Source of the DNA: Candidatus Omnitrophota bacterium
GTDB lineage: Bacteria > Omnitrophota > Gorgyraeia > JAHJTE01
DNA: 64,000 bases
Direction: 5' to 3'
Assembly (NCBI GenBank): GCA_018830005.1
Contig: JAHJTE010000004.1
Span: 16,792 to 80,791 of the forward strand
The notes below the pieces were generated by a model, which was not told where the DNA came from, ran no database searches, and was given only the letters and a program-made list of their open reading frames with translations. Shown piece after piece: positions 39,465 to 52,977 of this stretch (positions are counted from its first letter, which is position 1; the number at the start of each line of letters is the position of its first letter). The position numbers and the translations under genes were made by a program.

Positions 39465-39514
39465 TAAAATCTTCCTTCTTACACTGATTCAGAAAAATCA
39501 GCGCTAATCTAACC

Positions 39515-40714
39515 TTATGCTATAATTTCGCTAACCACGCCTGCACCAACCGTATGTCCACCTTCACGGATTGCAAAGCGAGTCTCTTTCTCAACGGCAA
39601 CAGGTATAATCAACTCTACCTCTAGTTCAATATTATCACCTGGCATAACCATCTCTACGCCTTGTGGTAGTTTGACTGAACCTGTAACATCAGTCGTGCG
39701 GAAATAAAATTGTGGCCTGTAACCAGCAAAGAACGGTGTGTGCCTTCCGCCTTCTTCTTTGTTGAGTATATACACTTGAGATTTAAATTTTGTATGAGGG
39801 GTTATTGAACCTGGTTTTGCCAAAACCATCCCTTTTTCTAAATCATTTTTTTCTACGCCGCGTAAAAGCAATCCTACGTTATCTCCAGCTTGACCTTCAT
39901 CAAGAAGTTTACGAAACATTTCAATTCCCGTAACAACAGTCTTGTGGATTTCTGGTCTCAAACCTACGATATCAACTTCCTCATTAATCTTGACAATGCC
40001 TCTTTCGATCCTTCCTGTGCCAACAGTTCCACGGCCAGAAATTGAAAAGACGTCTTCAATAGCCATCAAAAACGGCTTATCTGTTTCTCTTTTCGGAGCA
40101 GGAATGAATTCATCTACAGCCTTCATCAGCTCTAATATAGGTTTCACGGCTTCATTATTGGGATCTCCGCCTGCTTCCATAGCTTTAAGGGCACTTCCCT
40201 TTATGATCGGAGTTTTATCCCCAGGAAACTTATATTTATTAAGCAAATCACGGATTTCTAGCTCCACCAAATCCAGCAGCTCTTTATCTTCTACCTGATC
40301 AACCTTATTCAAGAAGACTACCAAGGATGGAACATTAACCTGACGCGCAAGAAGAATGTGCTCTCGAGTTTGAGGCATTGCGCCATCTGCAGCTGAAACA
40401 ACAAGGATAGCGCCATCCATCTGAGCCGCGCCGGTAATCATATTCTTAATATAATCAGCGTGTCCAGGACAGTCGATATGCGCATAATGTCGCTTTTCTG
40501 TCTGGTATTCTACATGAGAGATATTGATTGTCAAACCTCTCTCTTTTTCCTCTGGTGCGTTATCAATCTGTTCGTAGCTTTTTGCCTCTGCAAAACCAGC
40601 CTTGCTCAAAGCAAGCGTGATAGCAGAAGTAAGAGTTGTCTTCCCATGATCAACGTGGCCAATAGTGCCGATGTTAATATGGGGTTTAGTTCTTACAAAT
40701 TTTTCCTTAGCCAT
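39515..40714 (-). CDS. tuf: Elongation factor Tu
   Basis: 399 aa with [15 protein letters not shown] and NKVD GTPase motifs. A GAGGAGG RBS lies upstream. Confidence 0.95.
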   Translation of the reverse strand: MAKEKFVRTKPHINIGTIGHVDHGKTTLTSAITLALSKAGFAEAKSYEQIDNAPEEKERGLTINISHVEYQTEKRHYAHIDCPGHADYIKNMITGAAQMDGAILVVSAADGAMPQTREHILLARQVNVPSLVVFLNKVDQVEDKELLDLVELEIRDLLNKYKFPGDKTPIIKGSALKAMEAGGDPNNEAVKPILELMKAVDEFIPAPKRETDKPFLMAIEDVFSISGRGTVGTGRIERGIVKINEEVDIVGLRPEIHKTVVTGIEMFRKLLDEGQAGDNVGLLLRGVEKNDLEKGMVLAKPGSITPHTKFKSQVYILNKEEGGRHTPFFAGYRPQFYFRTTDVTGSVKLPQGVEMVMPGDNIELEVELIIPVAVEKETRFAIREGGHTVGAGVVSEIIA

Positions 40715-40754
40715 AAAAATACCTCCTCATTTTCTTCGTCTACTCTCCTTGAAA

Positions 40755-42839
40755 TTAAGCACCTGTCGATGTTGCGTACATTATTTTCTCTTTTATATGT
40801 GAAGGCACCTCTGAATAATAAGAGGGCTCCATAGTATAGGATGCACGACCTTGGGTTAAAGAACGCAAGGCATTAGCATAATCAAAAAGTTCTGCCAACG
40901 GTACATCAGCGCGTACAGTGCGTACATTTACACGTTGACCTAACGCTATTACGCGCCCCCGCCTCCCGTTTAAATCACTAATAACCTGGCCTAAAAATTC
41001 AAAAGGAGTAACAACCTCAACATCCATTATCGGTTCAAGTAAGACAGCATTCGCCTTTCTCATACCGTCACGAAAGGCAATCGCTGCGGCCATCTTAAAA
41101 GCAATCTCAGAAGAATCTACTTCGTGGAATGAACCATCAACTAGCTCTACATCAATATCAGTTACTGCAAAGCCGGCAATTGCCCCACTCTTAGCAGACT
41201 CTAATATACCTTTTTTAACAGATGGGATAAATTCTCTGGGTATTGCGCCGGATTTAATTCTATCAGTAAAGGTAACGCCACTACCTTTGGCCTCTGAAGG
41301 TGCCATCGTAATAACCACGTGTCCATATTGGCCGTGCCCACCAGTTTGCTTGACAAACTTTCCCACAGAATTCACCTTTTTTGTAATTGTTTCGTTATAA
41401 GCCACCTGCGGCCTGCCTACGTTTGCTTCAACATTGAATTCACGAAGTAACCTATTTACAGCAATCTCTAAATGCAGCTGACCCATGCCTGAAATTACAG
41501 TCTGACCAGTCTCAGAATTATACGTGACACGAAAAGAAGGATCTTCCTCTTCAAGTTTTTTAAGCGACATACCTAATTTATCCTGATCAATTTTAGTCTT
41601 GGGCTCAATTGCCAATGAGATTACTGGTTTAGGAAAATGCATTGATTCCAAAAGGATTGGATAAGATTCATCTGTTAAGGTATCACCTGATCTTACTTCT
41701 TTTAATCCCACAACTGCTCCGATATCACCTGTTGAAAGCTCATCAACAATTTGCTGTTTATTAGCATGCATCTGAACGATTTTGCTCACCCGCTCTCGAC
41801 AACGTTGCATAGCATTATATATGTAACTGCCAGACTTTAATACCCCAGAATAAACCCTGACATAATTTAGTCTACCGACATACGGATCGGTTATAATCTT
41901 AAAGCATAGGCTACACATTGGAGCATGATCAGAGGCTATCCTTTCTTCATATTCGCCGCTCTTTGGCTCTATGCCTTTAATCGGCGGCAAATCTAAAGGC
42001 GAAGGCAAATAGTCGCATACTGCCTCAAGTAAAAGCTGAACTCCTTTATTCTTAAAAGAAGAGCCACATAATATCGGAACAAATTTATTATTTATAACCG
42101 CCTCTCTTATTGCTTGCTTGATCTCCTCTGTAGTCACCTCTTCGCTATGAACGAATTTATTCATAATATGATCATCAACCTCAGCAAGCTTTTCTATTAA
42201 GTTGTTACGGTGTTGAGAAAAAAACGATTGCAAATCATCAGGGATAGGCAAATAATCTAATTTTATGCCTAAATCATCCTGAGATTTAACGAATTTGCCT
42301 GAGATCAAGTCAATAATTCCTTCGAAGCTTTCTTCCTTTCCAACTGGCAACTGTATTGGAGCAACATGTTTATTCAAGCGTTCCTTTACCTCATTGACTA
42401 CATTGAAGAAATCAGCTCCCATTCTATCCATCTTATTTATAAATGCAATCCTGGGAACCTTATAATGGTCTGCTTGCCGCCATACTGTCTCGCTCTGAGA
42501 TTCAACTCCTCCAACAGCACAAAAGATAACAACACAGCCATCTAAAATTTTAAGCGAACGTTCGACTTCAATCGTAAAGTCGACATGGCCAGGCGTATCA
42601 ATAATATTGATTCTTTTGGTCTTCCAAAGAATCGTTGTTGCCGCAGCCGTAATAGTTATGCCCCTTTCCTGCTCCTGAGGCATCCAATCCATAGTCGCCG
42701 TACCTGAATCTACCTCGCCAATTTTATAAATCTTCCCCGAATAAAAAAGCATACGCTCGGTAGTTGTAGTCTTTCCTGCGTCAATATGGGCGATGATCCC
42801 AATATTTCTTATATTGCCTAAATCGTTCTCTTTTGACAT
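40755..42839 (-). CDS. fusA: Elongation factor G (the longest ORF extends to 42914; the start at the M26 ATG is more likely)
   Basis: AHIDAGKTTTTE, DTPGHVDF and NKMD motifs. Starting at 42839 leaves a 20-nt gap after the rpsG stop. Confidence 0.9.
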   Translation of the reverse strand: MSKENDLGNIRNIGIIAHIDAGKTTTTERMLFYSGKIYKIGEVDSGTATMDWMPQEQERGITITAAATTILWKTKRINIIDTPGHVDFTIEVERSLKILDGCVVIFCAVGGVESQSETVWRQADHYKVPRIAFINKMDRMGADFFNVVNEVKERLNKHVAPIQLPVGKEESFEGIIDLISGKFVKSQDDLGIKLDYLPIPDDLQSFFSQHRNNLIEKLAEVDDHIMNKFVHSEEVTTEEIKQAIREAVINNKFVPILCGSSFKNKGVQLLLEAVCDYLPSPLDLPPIKGIEPKSGEYEERIASDHAPMCSLCFKIITDPYVGRLNYVRVYSGVLKSGSYIYNAMQRCRERVSKIVQMHANKQQIVDELSTGDIGAVVGLKEVRSGDTLTDESYPILLESMHFPKPVISLAIEPKTKIDQDKLGMSLKKLEEEDPSFRVTYNSETGQTVISGMGQLHLEIAVNRLLREFNVEANVGRPQVAYNETITKKVNSVGKFVKQTGGHGQYGHVVITMAPSEAKGSGVTFTDRIKSGAIPREFIPSVKKGILESAKSGAIAGFAVTDIDVELVDGSFHEVDSSEIAFKMAAAIAFRDGMRKANAVLLEPIMDVEVVTPFEFLGQVISDLNGRRGRVIALGQRVNVRTVRADVPLAELFDYANALRSLTQGRASYTMEPSYYSEVPSHIKEKIMYATSTGA

Positions 42840-42858
42840 CTCTTTTAATAAGTTCAAA

Positions 42859-43326
42859 TTACCATCTAAAGTGAGCGAAGGCTTTGTTTGCCTCTGCCAT
42901 TTTGTGAGTGTCATCTCTTTTCTTTATTGTTGCGCCTTCCCCTTTATAAGCAGAGAAGAGTTCCTCAGCCAATCGCAACTGCATTGTCCTGCCCTTTTTA
43001 GAGCGTGCGAAATCTCGTATCCATCGCAAGGCCAAGGCCGTACCCCTAGCCTGATTCACCTCTATAGGTACCTGATAGGTTGCGCCGCCAACACGTCGAG
43101 GCTTAACCTCAAGACGCGGCCGAGCATTTTCAATAGATTTATTTAACGCCTTTATTGCATCTTCGTTTGTCTTTTTCTGTAAAATCTCCAACGAACCGTA
43201 AAGAATCCTCTCTGCGACAGATTTCTTGCCTTCATGCATTAGCATATTTATAAATTTAGTTACAACCCGACTTTTGTATTTTGGATCAGGTAATAATTCT
43301 TTTTTAGATTTTGATTTCCTTCTCAT
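42859..43326 (-). CDS. rpsG: 30S ribosomal protein S7
   Basis: 155 aa. Confidence 0.92.
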   Translation of the reverse strand: MRRKSKSKKELLPDPKYKSRVVTKFINMLMHEGKKSVAERILYGSLEILQKKTNEDAIKALNKSIENARPRLEVKPRRVGGATYQVPIEVNQARGTALALRWIRDFARSKKGRTMQLRLAEELFSAYKGEGATIKKRDDTHKMAEANKAFAHFRW

Positions 43327-43697
43327 TGTTTAGGCCTTTTTGCTCCATATTTGGAACGCGATTTCTTTCTATTTGCAACTCCCAGAGTATCCAGCGAACC
43401 ACGCACTATATGATATCTAACACCTGGTAAATCCTTAACCCTGCCGCCGCGAACTAATACAATTGAGTGTTCCTGAAGATTATGCCCTTCGCCTGGTATA
43501 TAGGCTGATACCTCACTAGTAGTAGTCAACCTGACACGGGCAATCTTACGCAAAGCCGAATTTGGTTTTTTAGGTGTCATTGTTCGTACCTGCAGACATA
43601 CGCCTCTTCTTTGCGGACATCCCATTAACGCAGGTGATTTTGTCTTCTTTTTTTTGGCTACCCTTCGTTTTCTAATTAATTGGGAAATTGTTGGCAT
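43323..43697 (-). CDS. rpsL: 30S ribosomal protein S12
   Basis: 124 aa. Confidence 0.95.
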   Translation of the reverse strand: MPTISQLIRKRRVAKKKKTKSPALMGCPQRRGVCLQVRTMTPKKPNSALRKIARVRLTTTSEVSAYIPGEGHNLQEHSIVLVRGGRVKDLPGVRYHIVRGSLDTLGVANRKKSRSKYGAKRPKQ

Positions 43698-43701
43698 ATA
43701 A

Positions 43702-46700
43702 TTATTCCTTAGATGCTACTAAAGCTTCCAAGTCTTTCTTTTCCTTATCAACTTCTTGGGAAGCGCCTAATTTTTCCAAAATAACCTCGTTATCATTCAC
43801 AGCAGCTGTTCCAGCAGGAATCAGGTGGCCAACAATAACGTTTTCCTTCAACCCGTAAAGAAAATCAACCTTTCCTGAAGCAGCCGCCTCTGTTAATACT
43901 CGCGTTGTCTCCTGAAAGCTTGCTGCAGAAATAAAACTTTCTGTTGTCAATGATGCCTTTGTTATTCCTAAAAGCAAGGGAGTCGCTGATGCTGGTCTGC
44001 CACCTTTCTTCATTACTTTTTCATTTTCCTGCTTGAATCTCCATTTGTCTACGTGTTGGCCGGTTAAAAATTCTGTATCACCCGCATTTTCGATGCGCAC
44101 TTTTTTCAACATCTGCCTGATTATAAGTTCGATGTGCTTATCATTAATTTGTACACCCTGCAAGCGATATACCTCCTGGACTTCATTAACCAGATATTCT
44201 TGCAAAACCTTATCGCCGCAAACCTGCAATATGTCCTGCGGTACGACTGGACCATCAGTCAGCTGTTGACCTGCAACAACACGGTCGCTCTTGTAGACGT
44301 TTGGATGTTTGCCAGCCGGAATAGCATATTCGCATTTCATGCCTGTAGGAGAACGAACGACTATCATTCTTTGGCCTTTTTTGGTTTCTCCAAATTCAAC
44401 AAATCCATCGATTTCTGTTATGATTGCAGGGTCTTTAGGCTTGCGTGCCTCAAAAAGCTCTGCTACCCTGGGAAGGCCTCCAGTAATATCTCTAGTTTTG
44501 ATAATCGTGCGCGGAATCTTCGCGAGTAGGTCGCCAGCCTCAACGTTTTCTCCATCCTTAGCAAGGATATGTGCCCCAGCCGGAATAGGATATATACCTA
44601 AAACCTCTTTTTTGTTATTCAGGATTATTATTTGCGGATGATACTCTGCCTTATGCTCAACAACAATGAACTCAACAGCCCCTGTTACCACATTTAGTTC
44701 TTTTCTTATGGTTACGTCTTCCTCAATCTCTTCATATTTTACTGTACCTGAAACTTCAGTTAAAATAGGTGATGTGTAAGGATCCCAACGAATATAGGCA
44801 ACGCCTTTTTCTATCTGCTGTTCATCTTTGAACGAAAGAAATGCCCCTTGTACAACAGCATAACGTTCTAATTCCCTTCCTTGAGCGTCATTAATGCTTA
44901 CGAAACCATTGCGATTAAGAACAACGAATTCCTTCTTCTTGCTAACAGTGCGCAGATTATGATATTTAATAATGCCTTTATTGCGACTTTTAACGGCTGA
45001 TTGCTCAACAATGCGAGAGGCAGTACCACCAATATGAAATGTGCGCATCGTAAGCTGCGTTCCCGGCTCACCAATAGACTGAGCAGCAATAACGCCAACT
45101 GCCTCACCCAGTTCTACAAGACGATCAGTAGCTAAATTAGTACCATAACATTTTACGCATACGCCGCGCTCTGATTCACAAGTCAAAACGCTTCTAATGC
45201 GAATTTTTTCAATTCCAAGTCGCTCGATGATTTCAGCCTTTTCAACAACAATCTCCTCACCTGAGGTAATAATCGTCTCATCAGTAATAACATCAACTAC
45301 ATTATCCAAGGCAACCCTACCTACAATTCTTTCCTTCAAAGAAACAACCACTTCATTACCTTCGATAATAGCAGAAACTGTGATGCCGTTTAATGTTCCG
45401 CAATCTAATCCATTAACAATAACCTCTTGTGCGACATCGACCAAACGTCGAGTTAAATAACCTGCATCAGCTGTCTTTAGAGCAGTATCTGCTAGGCCTT
45501 TGCGCGCTCCGTGTGTAGATATAAAATACTCCAAAACAGTCAAGCCCTCTCTAAAATTAGCAGTGATCGGACTTTCGATAATTTCCCCTGAAGGCTTAGC
45601 CATCAAGCCACGCATACCAGCCAGCTGACGAATCTGCAACTTCGAACCTCGCGCTCCAGAATCTGCCATCATAAATATCGGATTAAATGGACTAAAGTCC
45701 TCAAAAAGTAAATCAGAAATTTCATCTGTAGTATGGGTCCAGATGTCAATAATCTTATTGTGGCGCTCACCTTTGGTAATAATACCGCGCCGATACTGTT
45801 CCTCAACCCTGCGCGTCTCCTCTTTTGCTTTATCAAGACAGGTCTCTTTGCCTTTGGGAATCGTCAAATCATCGATACTAATCGAAAGACCTGCTAATGT
45901 TGCATATTCAAAACCAAGCTGCTTAAGCTTATCTAATAATTGTACTGTTTCTGTACGATGAAAACGCTTATAGCATTCAGAAACAATATTTCCGATCTTG
46001 CTCTTATTCAGGGTCGTATTAACAAAACCAAAGTCTTTAGGTAAAACCTGATTGAATATGATTCTACCTACTGTAGTCTCAATGATGACACTATTTGCCG
46101 ATAGATTTTTAATTTGATTGAAATCATTGTATATATCTAAAATCTTATTTTTTTTCAAATCCAGTCTTACTTTAATACGTGAATGCAATTCAATACAATT
46201 ATCATTAAAGGCAATAACAGCCTCGTCAGGCGTGGAAAAAACCTTGGCCTCTCCTTTTGACTTCGGTTTTATTTTCGTCATAAAATAGCAGCCAATAATA
46301 ATATCCTGCGTTGGCGTTGCTATTGGCCTTCCATCAGCAGGAGAAAAGATATTATTAATTGAGAGCATAATAAGCTTGGCCTCAAGCTGAGCCTCAGTAG
46401 AGAGTGGAACATGAACTGCCATTTGATCTCCGTCAAAATCAGCATTAAAAGCTGCGCAGACTAAAGGGTGAATCCTTATGGCCTTGCCTTCGGTCAAAAC
46501 AGGTTGAAAGGCTTGGACGCTTAACTTATGCAACGTGGGAGCACGATTAAGTAATACAGGGTGGTCCTTAATTACTTCATCTAAAATATCCCAGACTTCA
46601 GTTTTGGCGCGTTCAACCAGCCTCTTGGCACCTTTAATCGTATGAACTATATCTCTTTCACGCAGTTTTCTTATAATAAAGGGCTCGAATAACTCTAATG

Positions 46701-47790
46701 CCATATATTTAGGTATACCGCATTCATGCAATTTGAGTTCAGGGCCAACAACAATGACAGAACGACCAGAATAATCAACGCGCTTACCTAGTAAATTCTG
46801 CCTAAATCTACCTTGTTTTCCTTTAAGCATATCAGACAGAGACTTCAAGGGACGATTATTCGAACCTAAAACAGGCCTGCCATGCCTGCCGTTATCCAAA
46901 AGGGCATCAACAGCTTCCTGTAGCATTCGCTTCTCATTACGAATAATAATATCAGGCGCGTTCAAATCCAGCAATTTCTTTAGACGATTATTGCGATTTA
47001 TTACTCTTCTGTAGAGATCATTTAAATCACTGGTGGCAAATCTACCCCCATCAAGCGGTACAAGCGGTCTTAAATCAGGCGGAATAACAGGCAAGACAGA
47101 AAGAACCATCCACTCTGGCTTATTGCCTGATTTACGAAAATCATCAATGATTTTAAGAGTTTTAACAAGCCGCTGTGCACTGGCGCCGCCTTTTGAATCC
47201 TCTATCTGCTTTCGCAGTTTCCTACAGCTATTATCCAGATCAAGATCTTTAAGCAAGGCTAATAACGCTTCGCCTCCAATCTTAGCATCAAATCCCTGGT
47301 CATACTTTTCAAGACACTGCTGATATTTATCCTCAGAGAGAAGTTCTCTTTTCTTCAGAGGCGTGTCTTTCGGATCAATGACAACATATTCTTCATAATA
47401 AATAATCTTTTCTAAATCCCGCAACGATAGATCAAGCATCGCCGAAAGTCTTGATGGAACAGCCTTAAAAAACCAGATATGCGATACGGGCGTTGCCAAT
47501 TCAATACTACCCATTCTTACACGTCTTGTGCTTGAACGATCAATACTCACGCCGCAACGGTCGCAGGTAATTCCTTTAAATTTGATACCCTTATATTTTC
47601 CGCAGTTACATTCCCAGTCACGCACAGGACCAAATATCTTTTCGCAAAAGAGTCCGTCCTTTTCAGGTTTTAGCGTTCTGTAATTTATGGTCTCGGCCTT
47701 TTTTACCTCTCCAGAAGACCAGGAAAAAATCGCACTGGGAGATGCAATTTTTATTGCTATGTTGTCAAATTGAACATTATCTTGTTGCAT
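43702..47790 (-). CDS. rpoC: DNA-directed RNA polymerase beta-prime subunit
   Basis: 1362 aa. Zn-binding CNCGKYKG...C..C, NADFDGD catalytic loop. Confidence 0.95.
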   Translation of the reverse strand: MQQDNVQFDNIAIKIASPSAIFSWSSGEVKKAETINYRTLKPEKDGLFCEKIFGPVRDWECNCGKYKGIKFKGITCDRCGVSIDRSSTRRVRMGSIELATPVSHIWFFKAVPSRLSAMLDLSLRDLEKIIYYEEYVVIDPKDTPLKKRELLSEDKYQQCLEKYDQGFDAKIGGEALLALLKDLDLDNSCRKLRKQIEDSKGGASAQRLVKTLKIIDDFRKSGNKPEWMVLSVLPVIPPDLRPLVPLDGGRFATSDLNDLYRRVINRNNRLKKLLDLNAPDIIIRNEKRMLQEAVDALLDNGRHGRPVLGSNNRPLKSLSDMLKGKQGRFRQNLLGKRVDYSGRSVIVVGPELKLHECGIPKYMALELFEPFIIRKLRERDIVHTIKGAKRLVERAKTEVWDILDEVIKDHPVLLNRAPTLHKLSVQAFQPVLTEGKAIRIHPLVCAAFNADFDGDQMAVHVPLSTEAQLEAKLIMLSINNIFSPADGRPIATPTQDIIIGCYFMTKIKPKSKGEAKVFSTPDEAVIAFNDNCIELHSRIKVRLDLKKNKILDIYNDFNQIKNLSANSVIIETTVGRIIFNQVLPKDFGFVNTTLNKSKIGNIVSECYKRFHRTETVQLLDKLKQLGFEYATLAGLSISIDDLTIPKGKETCLDKAKEETRRVEEQYRRGIITKGERHNKIIDIWTHTTDEISDLLFEDFSPFNPIFMMADSGARGSKLQIRQLAGMRGLMAKPSGEIIESPITANFREGLTVLEYFISTHGARKGLADTALKTADAGYLTRRLVDVAQEVIVNGLDCGTLNGITVSAIIEGNEVVVSLKERIVGRVALDNVVDVITDETIITSGEEIVVEKAEIIERLGIEKIRIRSVLTCESERGVCVKCYGTNLATDRLVELGEAVGVIAAQSIGEPGTQLTMRTFHIGGTASRIVEQSAVKSRNKGIIKYHNLRTVSKKKEFVVLNRNGFVSINDAQGRELERYAVVQGAFLSFKDEQQIEKGVAYIRWDPYTSPILTEVSGTVKYEEIEEDVTIRKELNVVTGAVEFIVVEHKAEYHPQIIILNNKKEVLGIYPIPAGAHILAKDGENVEAGDLLAKIPRTIIKTRDITGGLPRVAELFEARKPKDPAIITEIDGFVEFGETKKGQRMIVVRSPTGMKCEYAIPAGKHPNVYKSDRVVAGQQLTDGPVVPQDILQVCGDKVLQEYLVNEVQEVYRLQGVQINDKHIELIIRQMLKKVRIENAGDTEFLTGQHVDKWRFKQENEKVMKKGGRPASATPLLLGITKASLTTESFISAASFQETTRVLTEAAASGKVDFLYGLKENVIVGHLIPAGTAAVNDNEVILEKLGASQEVDKEKKDLEALVASKE

Positions 47791-47812
47791 TTCAGCTCCA
47801 ATTTATATTCGT

Positions 47813-50800
47813 TTAATTATTTGCCTTGGACTTTCCCACAGTTACATCCAAACCAAGACCCTGAAGTTCTTTAATTAGAACATTGAACGACTCAGGAATG
47901 CCTGGCTTAAGACGTTGTTCACCTTTAACAATTGCCTCATAAATCCTAGTCCTTCCAGTAACATCATCACTTTTCACTGTTAGCATTTCCTGCAAGGTGT
48001 ATGCTGCTCCATATGCCTCAAGCGCCCAAACCTCCATTTCACCAAAGCGCTGGCCGCCGAATTGTGCCTTCCCCCCTAAGGGCTGCTGTGTAACTAATGA
48101 ATAAGGACCAATGGAACGAGCATGAATCTTTTCCTCAACAAGATGAATAAGCTTCATCATATAGATATATCCCACAGTCACCTTCTGATGGAATGGTTCT
48201 CCTGTATGGCCGTCATAAAGAGTAATCTTTCCATCTTCTGGTAAACCAGCTTCAGACAACATCTGTTTAATCTCTGCCTCAGTGGTGCCATCGAAAATCG
48301 GACTGGTGACCTTTAATCCTAAGGCTTGAGCTGCCCAGCCTAAATGTGTCTCTAAAATCTGACCCACATTCATACGACTCGGCACTCCTAAAGGATTTAA
48401 TACCAAATCTATTGGCGTGCCATCTTCTGTAAAAGGCATGTCCTCTTCTGGTAAAATCTTAGCTACAACCCCTTTATTTCCATGCCTACCAGCAACCTTA
48501 TCTCCTGCAGACAACCTCCTCTTCATGGCAATATAAACTACAACTCTTTTTAGTACGCCTGCAGGTAATTCATCTCCGCGTTTTACCTTTTCGATCTCCT
48601 GTTCTTGTTCTGCAATCAAGACTTTGACCTGTTCATCGAAAATTTCAGCAACAGCCTGAGCGCGATCATGAGAGCTTAAGTCAATCTTAAGCAGTTTCTT
48701 CTTATCAACTCCTAAAATGCGACAAAGTTTTTTTATTTTTTCTTGCTCAATATAGGAGATCTCCTGTCCATAGTAATCTTTGATCTGGCGCATCTTGGCC
48801 AATTCCTTTCTTTTGCCCTCTTTAGATTTGCGGCCGCGTTCTTTACGAGCAAAAATCTGAACATCAACTACAACGCCTGAAATTCCCGGAGACGCATTTA
48901 GGGAAGTATCCCTGACATCTCCTGCCTTCTCTCCGAATATGGCTCGCAATAGCCTCTCTTCAGGTGAAAGTTCAGACTCTGTCTTGGGGGTAACCTTGCC
49001 TACCAGAATATCATCTGGCCTAACTTCAGCGCCAACACGGACAATGCCATTTTCATCTAGATTCCTGCGAGACTCCTCACTAACATTGGGAATATCCGCA
49101 GTTATCTCTTCGTTACCAAGCCGAGTTTCCCTTGCTTCCACTTCGAAACGCTCAATGTGAACTGAAGTAAAGAGATCATTCTTAAGCACATTCTCACTCA
49201 TCAGAATAGCGTCTTCAAAGTTAAAACCACGCCATGGCATAAAGGCTACAAGTACATTTTTTCCCAAGGCTAACTGACCATCGCTTGTTGCCATACTATC
49301 AGCAATAACCTCGCCGGCTTCAACATTTTGGCCTAATTTAACAATCGGACGTTGACGCAAGCAGGTATTGGCATTAGAACGAATGAATTTATTTAAATTG
49401 TACGTTTCTCGACCAATCGTAATGCGCTCTGAATCAACAGAACTTACCCGGCCACTATTTTTTGCGACTACTACAGCTCCTGAATCAACAGCTACACGGC
49501 CTTCCATTTCAGTACCAACAAGAGGGATGTCAGCAAACAGCAAAGGCACTGCTTGTCGCTGCATGTTCGAACCCATTAAAGCTCGGTTTGCATCATCGTG
49601 TTCAAGAAAAGGAATTAATGAAGTAGCAACTGAAAATAACTGTCGCGGCGAAACATCCATATATTGGATCTTTTTTGGTTCGACCTTTGGGAAATCTCCT
49701 TTACATCTACAAGAGACGGCTTTCTCAACAAAGGTATTATCTTTATCAATCCTTGCATTTGCCTGAGCAATAATCTTATCCTCATCAACATCAGCTGTCA
49801 GATATTCGATTTTCCGCGTTACCTTGCCTGCTTCTACTCTACGGTAAGGTGTTTCAATTAAGCCTATTTCATTGATACGCGCATATATAGTGAGTGAAGA
49901 AATTAAACCGATGTTTGGTCCTTCTGGCGTCTCAATAGGACATACGCGTCCGTAATGAGAAGAGTGGATATCTCTTACCTCAAAGCCTGCACGCTCACGT
50001 GATAATCCACCTGGACCTAATGCGCTAAGTCTCCTTTTATGCGTTAATTCGGATAAAGGATTAACTTGATCCATAAATTGGGAAAGTTGACTTCTACCGA
50101 AGAAATCTCTTATCTGACTGGAAAGTAGTTTGGAATTAATCAGATGGTGCACTGATAGATTCTCAATATCACCTAATATTGCAATCCTCTCCCGCACCAG
50201 ACGCTCCAGACGCGCCAGGCCAATACGAACCTGGTTTTGAACTAATTCCCCTACTGTTTTCACGCGGCGATTACCAAGATGGTCAATGTCATCTATGCTA
50301 CCTTTTCCTGATTTCAACCCAATTAAATAATTAATTACCGAGATAATTGTTTCCTTATCCAGCATCCGTTTGGATAATGAAACATTCAGGTTTAATTTGC
50401 GATTGAGAATAAATCGTCCTGCCTTTTCCAAATCATAACGTTTGTTATCTTGGAATAGACGAGTAAAGAGCGCCTCAGCCGCTTCTTGCGTAACCGGCTC
50501 AGTAGGACGCAATTTACGGTAAAAGTCCATGAGGGCTTCTTCGCGTGTTTTTGTAAAATCTTTTTCTAATGTGTTTTTTATTAATTCTGAGGTGGGACTG
50601 GGAAAGGCCTTCTTTATTTCTTCATCAGTTGCATATCCGAATATTCTCAAAATTTGCGTTGCCGGAAAATTACGTTTTCTATCCACATAGGCAATTATCG
50701 TATCTGAAAGATCTGCTTTAAATTCAAGCCAGGCGCCTCGATAGGGAATTATTCTACCAAAGAATAGACTTTTTCCCGTTGGATGTTCTTCGCTTTCAAA

Positions 50801-51229
50801 GGATACCCCGGGAGACCTCTGAATCTGGCTAACGATTACTCTTTCGTCTCCGTTTATAATAAAAGTGGCGTTTTCAGTCATCAGGGGTATATCACCAAAA
50901 TATACCTCTTGTTCCTTTGTCTCTTTAGGAGAAATGAGCCTCAATTTAACTTTAAGTACGCCAGCATAGCTCACTGACCTTCGCCTGCACTCTTCAACGC
51001 AATACTTGGGCTTTCCTATTGTGTAGCATATAAACTCTAACTGATATTTATTGTCGTAGCTTTGAATTGGAAAAATTTCCTCAAAGACTTCCTGTAGTCC
51101 TACTGAATTTCTTTTGCGAGGGTTTACCTCCATCTGGAGAAAGTTATTATAGGCCTCAAGCTGTACATCCAACAAATTAGGAATAGGAAAAATCTCTTTT
51201 AGCTTTCCGAAACTTTTCGTTTTTTTCAT
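47813..51229 (-). CDS. rpoB: DNA-directed RNA polymerase beta subunit
   Basis: 1138 aa. Confidence 0.95.
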   Translation of the reverse strand: MKKTKSFGKLKEIFPIPNLLDVQLEAYNNFLQMEVNPRKRNSVGLQEVFEEIFPIQSYDNKYQLEFICYTIGKPKYCVEECRRRSVSYAGVLKVKLRLISPKETKEQEVYFGDIPLMTENATFIINGDERVIVSQIQRSPGVSFESEEHPTGKSLFFGRIIPYRGAWLEFKADLSDTIIAYVDRKRNFPATQILRIFGYATDEEIKKAFPSPTSELIKNTLEKDFTKTREEALMDFYRKLRPTEPVTQEAAEALFTRLFQDNKRYDLEKAGRFILNRKLNLNVSLSKRMLDKETIISVINYLIGLKSGKGSIDDIDHLGNRRVKTVGELVQNQVRIGLARLERLVRERIAILGDIENLSVHHLINSKLLSSQIRDFFGRSQLSQFMDQVNPLSELTHKRRLSALGPGGLSRERAGFEVRDIHSSHYGRVCPIETPEGPNIGLISSLTIYARINEIGLIETPYRRVEAGKVTRKIEYLTADVDEDKIIAQANARIDKDNTFVEKAVSCRCKGDFPKVEPKKIQYMDVSPRQLFSVATSLIPFLEHDDANRALMGSNMQRQAVPLLFADIPLVGTEMEGRVAVDSGAVVVAKNSGRVSSVDSERITIGRETYNLNKFIRSNANTCLRQRPIVKLGQNVEAGEVIADSMATSDGQLALGKNVLVAFMPWRGFNFEDAILMSENVLKNDLFTSVHIERFEVEARETRLGNEEITADIPNVSEESRRNLDENGIVRVGAEVRPDDILVGKVTPKTESELSPEERLLRAIFGEKAGDVRDTSLNASPGISGVVVDVQIFARKERGRKSKEGKRKELAKMRQIKDYYGQEISYIEQEKIKKLCRILGVDKKKLLKIDLSSHDRAQAVAEIFDEQVKVLIAEQEQEIEKVKRGDELPAGVLKRVVVYIAMKRRLSAGDKVAGRHGNKGVVAKILPEEDMPFTEDGTPIDLVLNPLGVPSRMNVGQILETHLGWAAQALGLKVTSPIFDGTTEAEIKQMLSEAGLPEDGKITLYDGHTGEPFHQKVTVGYIYMMKLIHLVEEKIHARSIGPYSLVTQQPLGGKAQFGGQRFGEMEVWALEAYGAAYTLQEMLTVKSDDVTGRTRIYEAIVKGEQRLKPGIPESFNVLIKELQGLGLDVTVGKSKANN

Positions 51230-51281
51230 AGTTTAGAAATTGATTACAGTAAAATTTTGTTTTTGTTAAACCAGAGAAATC

Positions 51282-51656
51282 TTACTTTAATTCTACTTTA
51301 GCCCCTACTGCCTCGAGCTTCTTCTTGATTTCGTTAGCCTCATCCTTAGGGACATTTTCTTTAACCGGCTTAGGAGCTGAATCCACAAGGTCCTTGGCCT
51401 CTTTAAGCCCCAGGGTTGTTAAGACGCGAACTTCTTTAATGACCTGAATTTTGTTTGCACCAACCTCTGTTAGGACAACGTTAAACGTCGTTTTCTCTTC
51501 TTCTTCCTCAGCAGCTGCTCCCGCAGCAGCCCCGGCTATGGCCATCGCAGGCATTGCCGCAACACCAAACTTATCCTCTAATGCCTTTACCAGGTCTGAA
51601 AGCTCAAGAACGCTTAAGCCTTCAATAGTTTTGATAACGTCTTCAACTTTAGCCAT
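51282..51656 (-). CDS. rplL: 50S ribosomal protein L7/L12
   Basis: 124 aa with Ala/Glu-rich hinge. Confidence 0.92.
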   Translation of the reverse strand: MAKVEDVIKTIEGLSVLELSDLVKALEDKFGVAAMPAMAIAGAAAGAAAEEEEEKTTFNVVLTEVGANKIQVIKEVRVLTTLGLKEAKDLVDSAPKPVKENVPKDEANEIKKKLEAVGAKVELK

Positions 51657-51683
51657 CTTTCGTCCTCCTTGAATAATTAACCG

Positions 51684-52277
51684 TTACTGTCTATCTTCTT
51701 TTTTATCTTGTACTTCAACCTTTTTATCTTTTACTTGCTTTTGTTCCTTTGCAGAAATCAGGCAAAGTAATAGCTTTCTCGTAAGTTGCTCTAAAACTGC
51801 CCTAAACTTTATTAAGGGAAACTTCATTGCAATAACCCCTTTTGCAATTAGCCCAACCCTTCCAGGAAGTTTTGCAATATCCGCAAGCTCCGCACTTGAG
51901 ATATCTTTATCATCTAAGATACCGGCCAATAACTTAAATTCCGTATGCTCCTTGACAAATTCTGCCAGCGCCTTTGTAGTAGCAACGATATCATCGCCGA
52001 CAAATACCAGGCCTGCGCAAGTGCAAGACTCATCAAGCAATTTTTCCTTCTTTATCCCCTTAAGAAATCTCTTAAAAAGCGATAACTTGGTTATTAATAA
52101 TGTGGAGGCCTTATCATTTAAGCTCTTGCGCAATTGAATTAAATCCCGCGTGTTTACTTTATTGAGATTTACAGCAATTAAACTTGAATGCGATTCGTAA
52201 GCAGCATTTAATTTGTTTACAATCGCGTCTCGATAAATATAACCTACTCTAGTTGGTTTTTCAGCTACCTTTAACAT
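51684..52277 (-). CDS. rplJ: 50S ribosomal protein L10 with charged Lys-rich C-terminal tail
   Basis: 197 aa. L10 core plus KEQKQVKDKKVEVQDKKEDRQ. Only 1 nt separates it from rplA. Confidence 0.88.
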   Translation of the reverse strand: MLKVAEKPTRVGYIYRDAIVNKLNAAYESHSSLIAVNLNKVNTRDLIQLRKSLNDKASTLLITKLSLFKRFLKGIKKEKLLDESCTCAGLVFVGDDIVATTKALAEFVKEHTEFKLLAGILDDKDISSAELADIAKLPGRVGLIAKGVIAMKFPLIKFRAVLEQLTRKLLLCLISAKEQKQVKDKKVEVQDKKEDRQ

Positions 52278-52278
52278 A

Positions 52279-52977
52279 TTATACTTTTAGCCTAAATCCA
52301 GGCCCCATAGAGGTTGAAATGAATAAGGATTTAATAAATTGCCCTTTGAGTGTATTCGGTCTAGCCTGATTGAGGGCATCAAAAAATACCTTGAAATTAT
52401 TTTCTAAAGAGCTTTCAGGAAATGAGGCCTTGCCAATGGTTACATGCAAACCACCTTGTTTATTTACGCGAAATTCAATTTTTCCAGCCTTCAATTCTTT
52501 AATTATGCCCTTAATATCATTAGTCACTGTGCCTGTCTTTGGACTAGGCATTAAACCGCGCGGACCAAGAACCCTCCCAAGCCGACTTACATCCTTCATC
52601 ATTTCGGGTGTAGCGACTACGCAATCAAAATCCAGAAAACCCTTAGCCACCTTTTCTATAAGCTCGGCAGCACCGACCAAATCTGCACCTGCCTCTTTAG
52701 CAGCGGCCTCGGCTTCTCCTTTGCAGAACACTAACACGCGCCTTTTCTTTCCAGTGCCATGCGGAAGCACCACCGTACCCCTAACTAACTGATCAGTTTT
52801 CTTAGGATCAATACTTAAACTTATTGCCAAATCAAGGCTCTCATCAAACTTTACCTTTGGCAGCTTTTTTATCTTCAAGATGGCTTCTGAAATTGAATAG
52901 GTTTTGCCTTTTTCAATTTCCTTATGAGCCTCTTTTAACCTCTTGCTTATTTTTTTCATCTTAAGCCTTGCTATCAA
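52279..52977 (-). CDS. rplA: 50S ribosomal protein L1
   Basis: 232 aa. Confidence 0.92.
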   Translation of the reverse strand: MIARLKMKKISKRLKEAHKEIEKGKTYSISEAILKIKKLPKVKFDESLDLAISLSIDPKKTDQLVRGTVVLPHGTGKKRRVLVFCKGEAEAAAKEAGADLVGAAELIEKVAKGFLDFDCVVATPEMMKDVSRLGRVLGPRGLMPSPKTGTVTNDIKGIIKELKAGKIEFRVNKQGGLHVTIGKASFPESSLENNFKVFFDALNQARPNTLKGQFIKSLFISTSMGPGFRLKV

